This document shows positions 21,043 through 29,695 of a DNA stretch of 64,000 nucleotides, piece after piece. A model generated the notes under the pieces. It was not told the DNA's origin. It searched no databases and was given only the letters and a program-made list of their open reading frames with translations. How positions within the stretch are numbered: the stretch's first letter is position 1; each line of letters begins with the position of its first letter. Location of the stretch: contig JASMLR010000001.1 of assembly GCA_030748575.1 (NCBI GenBank), forward strand, positions 133,900 to 197,899, read 5' to 3'. The position numbers were made by a program, and so were the translations under genes. Source of the DNA: Phycisphaerales bacterium (GTDB lineage: Bacteria; Planctomycetota; Phycisphaerae; Phycisphaerales; SM1A02).

Positions 21043-22151
21043 CGCTCCACCCGATCGATCCAGCCGCCGCAAAGGACGAGATCGCCCTCGTAGCACACGA
21101 CCGCCTGCCCTTCGGCGACGGCGCGGTGGGGACGCTCGAACCGCACCTCGATGTCGGTCTGGGATGAGGCGCGGACCTGCGCCGGCACCGTCTCGCCGTG
21201 GGCGCGGATCTGGGCGACGCATGGGGTCCAATCTTCCCCGTGGGGTCGGTGCCAACTCGCCTCACGGGCCGTGCACGCGTAGGCATCGAGATTGTTCAGG
21301 ACGCCGAGCGTCACCGTATTGGTCACGGGATCCTTGTCGATGACGTACCGAGGCGCTCCCATGGCGACGCCAAGACCACGCCGCTGACCGATGGTGAAGT
21401 GTTGGTGCCCCTCGTGGCCTGCCAGGTCCGTGCCGTCGGTATCGAGGATTCGACCGGGTGCGAATCGCTCCGGTGCCCGCCGGGCGAGGAGGCCGGCATA
21501 GTCGTCATCCGGAACGAAGCAGATCTCCTGAGAGTCTGGCTTTGCGTGGACTCCGAGGTTGAGTGAGGCGGCCTTGGCCCGGACCTGTTCCTTGGTCATG
21601 TCGCCGATCGGGAGGAGCATGCGGTCGAGCTGCCGTGGGCGAAAGCCGGTCACGCCGCCCGCCCCGAACAGCACATACGTCTGGTCCTTCCCCATATCGA
21701 CCGCTCGCTGGAGTCGTGCCGTTCCATCGGTATGAGCAATGCGGGCGTGGTGCCCGCTGGCCACCCAGGTGGCTCCGATGCCGTCGGCATAGGCATGCAG
21801 CCTTCCGAACTTCAGCCAGTCGTTGCAGCGGACGCAGGGGTTGGGCGTGCGGCCCGCGTGGTACTCACGCTCAAAGTACGTGATGATCCGTTCAAACTCG
21901 TCTGCGAAGTTGAGGGCATAGAACGGGACGTCCAGCAGTCCGGCCACCCGGCGAGCGTCGTCGGCGTCGTTGATCGAGCAGCACCCCTTGTGGCCAAGCG
22001 GGGCGCCCGCCACAGATTCACCCGGACTGCCCAGGCGCATGAAGCATCCGACGACGTCGAACCCCTGCTCGACGAGCAGGGCCGCGGCGACGGACGAATC
22101 GACGCCACCGGACAGGGCGACGAGGACGCGATCTCCCTTGGCAGGGGGCAT
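21039..22151 (-). CDS. mnmA: tRNA-specific 2-thiouridylase
   Basis: It has the PP-loop [12 protein letters not shown] and catalytic Cys regions (NPCVRCN, QEICF). The start is ATG 22151. Confidence 0.9.
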   Translation of the reverse strand: MPPAKGDRVLVALSGGVDSSVAAALLVEQGFDVVGCFMRLGSPGESVAGAPLGHKGCCSINDADDARRVAGLLDVPFYALNFADEFERIITYFEREYHAGRTPNPCVRCNDWLKFGRLHAYADGIGATWVASGHHARIAHTDGTARLQRAVDMGKDQTYVLFGAGGVTGFRPRQLDRMLLPIGDMTKEQVRAKAASLNLGVHAKPDSQEICFVPDDDYAGLLARRAPERFAPGRILDTDGTDLAGHEGHQHFTIGQRRGLGVAMGAPRYVIDKDPVTNTVTLGVLNNLDAYACTAREASWHRPHGEDWTPCVAQIRAHGETVPAQVRASSQTDIEVRFERPHRAVAEGQAVVCYEGDLVLCGGWIDRVER

Positions 22152-22233
22152 GACGGCGATGATAGGAGGGGGCTGGTATCCTGACCCGCCTGTCGGGAAG
22201 TGTCCCGGCGACAGACCCTCGGAGAGCATCGCC

Positions 22234-23304
<1,071 letters not shown>

Positions 23305-23313
23305 GCGGCGGCC

Positions 23314-25371
23314 TCAGCTGCCGGTGGCCGCGATGCGGGCTCGCCGGGCTTCGCCTGCCTCCAGGCGGCGGTGGCGGGCCTGTTCCTTCATGGCTCGTGA
23401 CTGCTCGGCCTCGCTGAACTCTTCGCCGAAACGCACCAGACGCAGGCTGTTGGCGATGACGACGACATAGCCGAGGGCGTAGTAGAACGGGGCAAGCCAC
23501 AGCGTGAGAATCGTCCCGGTGGCGGCAAGGGCCAGGCCGATGACCGCAAGCAGGATGGACACGCCGATGTTCTGGCTGATGACCGACCGCGTACGCCGGG
23601 CCAGCGAGAGCAGGAATGGGATGTGGCGAAGGTCGTCGTTCATCAAGGCGACGCCCGCCGAGTTGGTTGCGATGTCCGAACCGCTCAATCCCATGGCGAC
23701 CCCCACGTCGGCAGTGGCGAGAATGGGGCCGTCATTGATCCCGTCGCCAATCACCATCGTGCGGTGTCCGCGGGCCATCAGGTGCTTGAGTTCCTCGTGC
23801 TTCTCTTCAGGCAGGCATTCAGCTTCGACGCTGTCAATGCCGATCGCCTCCGCGACCCGGGTCGCGACGGGCAGCCGATCGCCCGTGAACATGGCAATGC
23901 GGCGGCAGCCAAGCTCTCGCAGTTCACTGACCGCCTCGGCGGCATTGCTGCGGAGAGCATCCTCCAGCCCGACGGCCCCGAGATACCGGCCTGCGCGCAT
24001 GACGTGCACGCCTGACATGCCGTCGATCTTGGCTTCGACAGCGGAGACTTCGGCGCTGATGGATGGATCGAGTTCAATCAGCCACGCAGCGCGGCCGGCG
24101 TGAATGTCGCCGCCTTCGGTGTGCGCGATGACGCCGCGGCCATGGAGCTCTTCATATCGGTCCAGGGTGGCCGGTGTGATGTTGGCCTGCGTCGCCGTGT
24201 CCAGAATGGAGCGGGCGAGTGGGTGGTTCGAGTGTTGCTCGCCATCGGCCGCCGCCTGCAGCAGGGTGGCACCATCGACACCTTCGGCCGGACTGAGCCG
24301 TGAAACAGCAAAGATGCCGCTGGTCAGCGTGCCGGTCTTGTCCATGATGACCGTGTCCACTTCAGCGGCCGCCTCGAGTGTTCGGGTCTGCTTGATCATG
24401 ATGCCGACCCGGGCGGCGGCCGCAAAGGCGGCGACCATCGCAGTCGGGTGCGAAATGAGCAGGCCGCCGGGGCACGTGACGACGAGCACGGTGATGGCGC
24501 GGAGGGACGCCTGCGCTCGAACGGTCTCTTCGCCACTCCGGGTGGCGAAGAACCAGACCAATGCCGCGACCATGATGACGACCCAGAAGTAGTACCCCGC
24601 GAGTTGCTCAATGATCTCCTGTCGGCGGGTGCGGCTCGACTCCGCCTCGCGGATGAGTTCCTCCACCTTGCCGATGGTGGTTTCGGCCTCGACGGCTGTG
24701 ACCTCGATGTCAATCTGCCCGGTCAGGTTCGTCGTGCCCGCGTACACCGGGGCGCCATTGCCGACCTCTACCGGCACCGCTTCGCCAGTGAGCGAGGCTT
24801 GATTGATGTCCGACTCGCCCTTGATGATGCTGCCGTCGACCGGCAGGTTCTCGCCCGGCCTGACCCGGACCATGTCGCCCTTGTTCAGGGCCGAAAGCCC
24901 GACCGTTTCTTCGCTGCCGTCGCTGTTGACACGGCGGGCGGTATCGGGCGTGAGATGGACGAGGTCGCGGATGGCCCGCTGGGCGCCCCATGCGGTTCGG
25001 CTGAGGACGAGATTGGCGGCCCACAGAAAGAGTGCCAGGAAGCCGGCGGCGAGATACATCTCCGAGGCCATGGCCGCAAGGACGGCCAGCGTGGCAAGTG
25101 CGTCACCGGCAGGTCTGCCCGAGGCGATCTCTCGCCACGCGCCGGCCAGCAGTGGAATGACCAGAATGAGGGCGCCCAGAAAGGCCGGAATCTGAGAGAT
25201 CTGCGGGTTGATGCCGATCAGCCCGCCGATCCATGCCGTGCCGAGCAGCACGCCGCCGCCCAATGCAACAAGGAGCCGTCGCTCGAGACCGGCGGCGGAA
25301 CGCTCGTCGGCCAGCCCGGCGTCGTTAGCCGCGAGAAGGGTGGGGTCGAGTGCCTGATCGTGTTCGCTCAT
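23314..25371 (-). CDS. P1B-type (heavy-metal) P-type ATPase, atypical
   Basis: It has the phosphorylation site DKTGTLT, the HP locus EQHSNHPLA, hinge GDGINDGP and actuator TGEA. TM6 reads VVTCPGGLL (CPG, not CPC). There is no N-terminal CxxC domain. Confidence 0.85.
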   Translation of the reverse strand: MSEHDQALDPTLLAANDAGLADERSAAGLERRLLVALGGGVLLGTAWIGGLIGINPQISQIPAFLGALILVIPLLAGAWREIASGRPAGDALATLAVLAAMASEMYLAAGFLALFLWAANLVLSRTAWGAQRAIRDLVHLTPDTARRVNSDGSEETVGLSALNKGDMVRVRPGENLPVDGSIIKGESDINQASLTGEAVPVEVGNGAPVYAGTTNLTGQIDIEVTAVEAETTIGKVEELIREAESSRTRRQEIIEQLAGYYFWVVIMVAALVWFFATRSGEETVRAQASLRAITVLVVTCPGGLLISHPTAMVAAFAAAARVGIMIKQTRTLEAAAEVDTVIMDKTGTLTSGIFAVSRLSPAEGVDGATLLQAAADGEQHSNHPLARSILDTATQANITPATLDRYEELHGRGVIAHTEGGDIHAGRAAWLIELDPSISAEVSAVEAKIDGMSGVHVMRAGRYLGAVGLEDALRSNAAEAVSELRELGCRRIAMFTGDRLPVATRVAEAIGIDSVEAECLPEEKHEELKHLMARGHRTMVIGDGINDGPILATADVGVAMGLSGSDIATNSAGVALMNDDLRHIPFLLSLARRTRSVISQNIGVSILLAVIGLALAATGTILTLWLAPFYYALGYVVVIANSLRLVRFGEEFSEAEQSRAMKEQARHRRLEAGEARRARIAATGS

Positions 25372-25406
25372 CGAAATACCGTCGCTCCGGTCTTGGGAAG
25401 GTCCGA

Positions 25407-25412
25407 AGTATA
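25407..25412 (-). promoter_or_regulatory. -10-like box TATACT 35 nt upstream of the P1B-ATPase ATG
   Basis: The minus strand reads CCGGATCTATACTTCGGACC...GGAGCGACGGTATTTCGATG. Confidence 0.35.
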
Positions 25413-25536
25413 GATCCGGTCTCCCTCTCGATGAGACGATCCGGGCCCAATCCTCCCTCGTACGTGGCTGCCTGCCTCGGGGTTCGGCCTGCTAGGCTCT
25501 CCGCGGCCCGATGGCGGGCCTGGAGTACCTCACGAC

Positions 25537-26532
25537 GTGCAAAAGCGGGCTTCAATCATCGGCGACGGTCAGATGGGACTCGTTCTGGCCGATGCCCTCA
25601 CGGTGGCCGGGGTTGAGGCCTGTGTGTGGGGCCCCTTTCCCGAGGTCGTCGAGACGCTGGCCAGGACGCGGGAGAACCCCAGGAGGATGCCCGGCTTCCA
25701 TCTGGCCGACGCCGTGCAGGTGACGGCAGATCCGCGTGAGGCCCTCGCCGGGGCTGACCTGCTGTTCAATGCCATTCCCTCGCAGTTCATTCGGCCGGTC
25801 TGGACGAGGCTGGCAGAGGCGGTCCCGGAGGGGTGCCCGGTGGTCAGTGTCGCCAAAGGCATCGAGAACGACACGCTGCTGCGGCCCAGTGAGGTGCTGA
25901 AGGCCGCCGCGCCGCGGCTTGGGGCGGCCTGTGCCCTGTCGGGACCCACGATCGCGACCGAACTGGCTGCCAGACAACCTGCCGTCATGGTCGCCGCGTC
26001 CGATGACCCGTCCCTGCCGCCAGAAGTGCAGGCGAGGCTGGATGTGCCGTGGCTCCGGATCTACGCGGGCTCCGACCTGCTTGGCGTGGAACTGGCCGGC
26101 GCGTGCAAGAACGTCATCGCGTTGGCAGCGGGGATCTGTGACGGATTGCGACTCGGCGACAACGCCAAGTCCGCAGTGCTGGCGCGTGGCCTGGTGGAGA
26201 TCACCCGGCTGGGAACCGCGATGGGCGCGGACGCCGGGACGTTCTACGGGGTTGCGGGCGTCGGGGACCTTGCCACCACCTGCTTCAGCCCGCACGGGCG
26301 AAACCGCACCTGCGGCGAGGCACTTGGCCGCGGCCAGTCGCTGGCCGAGTTTCAGGCGTCTTCGGATTCGGTCGTGGAAGGCGTGGCGACGGCTCGAAGT
26401 CTTTCGGCCCTGGCGACTCGGTTCGACGTGGAGATGCCGATTGTCCGAACCGTGCACGCCGTGCTGTTCGAAGGGCTGAAGCCCGCCGATGGCGTTGTCC
26501 AACTCATGGCCCGTGCATCGGGCGCCGAGTGA
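25537..26532 (+). CDS. gpsA: NAD(P)H-dependent glycerol-3-phosphate dehydrogenase
   Basis: GTG start with GGAG upstream. It has the dinucleotide fold ASIIGDGQMGLVLA and the motif GACKNVIALAAG. Confidence 0.9.
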   Translation: MQKRASIIGDGQMGLVLADALTVAGVEACVWGPFPEVVETLARTRENPRRMPGFHLADAVQVTADPREALAGADLLFNAIPSQFIRPVWTRLAEAVPEGCPVVSVAKGIENDTLLRPSEVLKAAAPRLGAACALSGPTIATELAARQPAVMVAASDDPSLPPEVQARLDVPWLRIYAGSDLLGVELAGACKNVIALAAGICDGLRLGDNAKSAVLARGLVEITRLGTAMGADAGTFYGVAGVGDLATTCFSPHGRNRTCGEALGRGQSLAEFQASSDSVVEGVATARSLSALATRFDVEMPIVRTVHAVLFEGLKPADGVVQLMARASGAE

Positions 26533-26541
26533 CACGCCGTA

Positions 26542-26823
26542 TCAGTTTTCGTTGAAGCCTGCCTTGACCAGCGCCGTCAATTGCCGAACGGCGTCCTGGG
26601 CACCCTCTCCCTTGGCGGTGATCTCCAACTCGGTTCCTGCTGTTGCTGCGAGCATCATGATCTGCATGATCGACTTGGCGTCCACGGGATCGGACTGATC
26701 CGTTCGCCGGAGCGTGATCTCGGCAGAGAACTGCTGCGCAGTCTCGGCGAGCAACATGGCCGGCCGGGCATGCAGGCCCAGCCGATTGGTCACCTTCACC
26801 TTTTTGACGGTCTTTGCGGACAC
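26542..26823 (-). CDS. ptsH: phosphocarrier protein HPr
   Basis: The 93-aa protein has the His-15 region NRLGLHARPA and a Ser-46-like region VDAKSIMQIMML. The start is GTG. Confidence 0.85.
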   Translation of the reverse strand: MSAKTVKKVKVTNRLGLHARPAMLLAETAQQFSAEITLRRTDQSDPVDAKSIMQIMMLAATAGTELEITAKGEGAQDAVRQLTALVKAGFNEN

Positions 26824-26884
26824 GAGTCTTGGTCGTCCATGAATGAGCGTGCGTCACGCTCAGGGCGGGGATGGTGGCGAGGAT

Positions 26885-27361
26885 TCAGGCAGAGAGTTGC
26901 CGTGAATCGGCGTCGTTGAGGAGGGTCAGAACATCTTCGACGGTGCTTGCCTGCCGGAGGAACCGCCGAAAGGTCTCTTGGCTCAGGCTTCCGAAGACCG
27001 CCTCCATGGCTTCAAGATGGAGTTCCGGCTGGTCCGACGGGCTCAAGAGAAGGAAGATCGAGTGGACCGGACTTCCGTCAAGTGCGTTGAACTCCACACC
27101 ATCGACAACGTTGGCCACCGCGACGACGACCCGCTCCACCGACGCTTCTTTGAGGTGGGGAACCGCTACGCCGTTTCCAAAGCCGGTCGAGCCGCGGTTC
27201 TCCCGCTTGATGACGGCCTTGACGAATTCGGTGTGCTGCTCAGAGGCGACCACGCCTGCGTCCACAAGCATCTGCATCATGCTCTTGATGGCGTCGTCGC
27301 GAGACTTGGCCTCGAGGTCCGGGCAAATGGCCTTCTCCTGCACAATGTCCGTCAACTTCAT
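26885..27361 (-). CDS. ptsN: PTS IIA-Ntr-type protein
   Basis: It has the IIA(Fru/Ntr) fold with STGFGNGVAVPH (active-site His). Its ATG overlaps the hpf stop (ATGA). Confidence 0.85.
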   Translation of the reverse strand: MKLTDIVQEKAICPDLEAKSRDDAIKSMMQMLVDAGVVASEQHTEFVKAVIKRENRGSTGFGNGVAVPHLKEASVERVVVAVANVVDGVEFNALDGSPVHSIFLLLSPSDQPELHLEAMEAVFGSLSQETFRRFLRQASTVEDVLTLLNDADSRQLSA

Positions 27362-27681
27362 TCTTCGGCTCCCGAGGTCGGTGTGTGGTGCTTGTCGTCC
27401 CGAAGTTTACTCTTGAGGTCAGAGAGTTGTCGTACGGCTCGATCGGTGCACTGGTCGATCGCAGCATAGAGGTCGTCTGATGATGCATGCGACACAACCG
27501 CGTCACCGTGTTCGATAGACACGATGCACTCAATGAGATGCTCTGCCTTCTGGTGATCGACGATGACCTCGATGGCCGAGATCCGGTCGAAGTAGCGGGA
27601 GAAGCGTTCCGCCTTCTTGTGCACATACTCTTCAATGGCGGGCGTTGTGTCGCCGTGGCGTGTCGTCATGGAGATCTGCAT
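27358..27681 (-). CDS. hpf: ribosome hibernation promoting factor (short HPF/RaiA family)
   Basis: The sequence MQISMTTRHGDTTPAIEEYVHKKAERFSRYFDRISAIEVIVD is typical of the S30AE family. ATG 27681 overlaps the DUF502 stop (TGATG). The tracked TTG 27684 lies one codon upstream. Confidence 0.8.
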   Translation of the reverse strand: MQISMTTRHGDTTPAIEEYVHKKAERFSRYFDRISAIEVIVDHQKAEHLIECIVSIEHGDAVVSHASSDDLYAAIDQCTDRAVRQLSDLKSKLRDDKHHTPTSGAEE

Positions 27682-28574
27682 CAATCTTCTCCTTGTTCTT
27701 CCTGATGTTCTTCCGGATGATTGCTCGTGTCGTCTTGAGCAGTTTGTGTTGAAAGGGCCGGGGTGTCGTCGCCCGGCTTCGGTGGCGGTCTGAGTACACC
27801 ACCGCTGATGGTGAATCCGATGGCCTCTTCGACCGTCAAGGACAGGTCAATGGTCGAGGACTTCGGGATCGTGATGGTGTAGCCGGTAAACGGCGTGGGT
27901 GAGCTTGGGACGAACACCGTGATGCTCGGTTCGCCGAGTTTGGCGCCGACCGCCTCCAGTGCCGAACCCGTCTGAAAGCCGACCGCCCACACGCCGCGGC
28001 GTGGGTACTCGACCGCCACCACGCGGCGAAACTCGATGGCCTTGTTCTGTCGCGAAAACAGGAAGTCGACGATCTGCTTGATCCAACTGTAGATCTTTTT
28101 GATGACTGGAAGCGACGTAATGAACCGCTCCAGCCATCGGTACATTGCCCGCCCGACCAGGCCGCCGACCAGCCGCCCCGCGAGGTACACGGCAAACACA
28201 GCGACCAGCAGGCCGATCATCCGGACGGGCCAGTACTCTTCCCACCACGCATTCAGCACGCCGACCTGATAGTTGTGAATGATGGTGGGGTCCTGTGACA
28301 CGTCACCGGCAGGCAGGCTCATCGCTTCGCGAGCGAGCGCCAGGTCCTCCGGGGAAGGCGCGAGGCCCCAGGACTGCGGCAGGGCTGGCCAGGCGGCAAA
28401 TGTCTGGACCAGCACGTAGCGGATGCCCGCATTGATGGGTTCCGCAATCGATTCGTTCACCCAGAGATACGCCTGCACGAGGACCCACAGCGTCAGAGTG
28501 GCCGGCAGGACCACGGCAAGGCCTCGCAGGAAGAACCGGCGAAAGTTGCCTCGGGTTGGGTGTCTTCTGGGCAT
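27681..28574 (-). CDS. DUF502-family membrane protein
   Basis: The N-terminus is FRRFFLRGLAVVLPATLTLWVL and the C-terminal part is VFVPSSPTPFTGYTITIPKSSTIDLSLTVEEAIGFTISGG. Both match the DUF502 pattern as I recall it. Confidence 0.7.
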   Translation of the reverse strand: MPRRHPTRGNFRRFFLRGLAVVLPATLTLWVLVQAYLWVNESIAEPINAGIRYVLVQTFAAWPALPQSWGLAPSPEDLALAREAMSLPAGDVSQDPTIIHNYQVGVLNAWWEEYWPVRMIGLLVAVFAVYLAGRLVGGLVGRAMYRWLERFITSLPVIKKIYSWIKQIVDFLFSRQNKAIEFRRVVAVEYPRRGVWAVGFQTGSALEAVGAKLGEPSITVFVPSSPTPFTGYTITIPKSSTIDLSLTVEEAIGFTISGGVLRPPPKPGDDTPALSTQTAQDDTSNHPEEHQEEQGED

Positions 28575-28586
28575 CGACGCGGACTC

Positions 28587-28592
28587 AGTGTA
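28587..28592 (-). promoter_or_regulatory. -10-like box TACACT 12 nt upstream of the DUF502 ATG
   Basis: The minus strand reads GAGTACACTGAGTCCGCGTCGATG. See the TAYACT motif finding. Confidence 0.35.
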
Positions 28593-28634
28593 CTCCGCGC
28601 CAGGTCGGGGGGGTCCACGGCGGCGCCGCCCTTT

Positions 28635-29264
28635 TCAGTCCGAAGTGACCTCGGGAGCGGGCCGCTGGGTTCCGGCGAGATCATGAAGTTGGATCTGCCC
28701 TGAGGCAATTCGTTGAATCGCCTCAGGAAGCGCGGCGCACTCTTCCTGAAACACTCTGGCCGCGAGGGTGTGCTCGTCGTCCTCCGGATGAACCGGGCAC
28801 GTACGCTGCAGGATGGTTGGGCCGTGGTCATACCGCTCATCCACGAGATGCACAGTGCACCCCGAGCTTGTGTCGCCGGCCGACAGCACGGCCCGGTGGA
28901 CGTGTTTCCCGTACATGCCCTTGCCCCCGTGCCGGGGGAGCAGTGCCGGGTGAATGTTGATGACGCGGTTGGCCATCCACGGCTCGATGGGGAGCAGGCG
29001 GAGGTATCCGCACAGGCAGATGAGGTCGGGTTTTACGGCGCTCAACTGCTCGAGCACCCACCCGTCGAGTTGCACGTCGGCAGGCGGCTCGGTAGTCAGA
29101 AGGCCTCGCTCGCGGCAGCGAGACGCGGCCGGCAAGCCCTGACGCGACAGGATGACGGAGGCAATGTGGGCGTGCAGTTTGCCTGCTTCGATGTGATCGA
29201 CAAGGTTGAGGATGGTCCTGCCGCCGCCACTTGCCAGACACGCCAGGCGAACGGGCGAGGTCAT
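28635..29264 (-). CDS. purN: phosphoribosylglycinamide formyltransferase
   Basis: Motifs are INIHPALLPRHGG and GCTVHLVDERYDHGP. Its ATG overlaps the upstream stop (ATGA). Confidence 0.9.
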   Translation of the reverse strand: MTSPVRLACLASGGGRTILNLVDHIEAGKLHAHIASVILSRQGLPAASRCRERGLLTTEPPADVQLDGWVLEQLSAVKPDLICLCGYLRLLPIEPWMANRVINIHPALLPRHGGKGMYGKHVHRAVLSAGDTSSGCTVHLVDERYDHGPTILQRTCPVHPEDDEHTLAARVFQEECAALPEAIQRIASGQIQLHDLAGTQRPAPEVTSD

Positions 29265-29695
29265 GCCGACGAGGCCGGCGGACTCATGCTCGGCGGGCTT
29301 GCAAACGGAATGGGCGTGCCCTCGGCGTTCACGCTCACCATCGTGAGCGAGGCCGCCGTGACTTCCACCGTTTCTCCAGTTTCAAATCGCTCGGCGAACA
29401 CCTTGACGTCGATCGTCACGCTGGACGTTCCGCTTTTCCGCGTCGACGTATACAAGCTGACAGAGTCGCCCGGCCAGACGGGACGCCGAAACTGAATGGC
29501 ATCCATCGACACGGTGACCCAGCGGTGCAGCCCATGCAGTCGTGCCTCATAGAAGCCAGCTTGATCGACCAGTGACAGGATGACGCCGCCGAACACGGTG
29601 CCTTGCACGTTGGTGTCCCTGGGCATCATGTGCACGCGGAGCGCAAGGTGTCCGCCGGGATGTGCCGATCGAGAATCTGAGGTGGGGGGCGTCAC
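29261..29695 (-). CDS. acyl-CoA thioesterase (hotdog fold, YciA-like)
   Basis: The core is LRVHMMPRDTNVQGTVFGGVILSLVDQAG. The start is taken as GTG 29695, which overlaps the stop of the 733-aa gene (GTGA). ATG 29629 is an alternative. Confidence 0.75.
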   Translation of the reverse strand: MTPPTSDSRSAHPGGHLALRVHMMPRDTNVQGTVFGGVILSLVDQAGFYEARLHGLHRWVTVSMDAIQFRRPVWPGDSVSLYTSTRKSGTSSVTIDVKVFAERFETGETVEVTAASLTMVSVNAEGTPIPFASPPSMSPPASSA

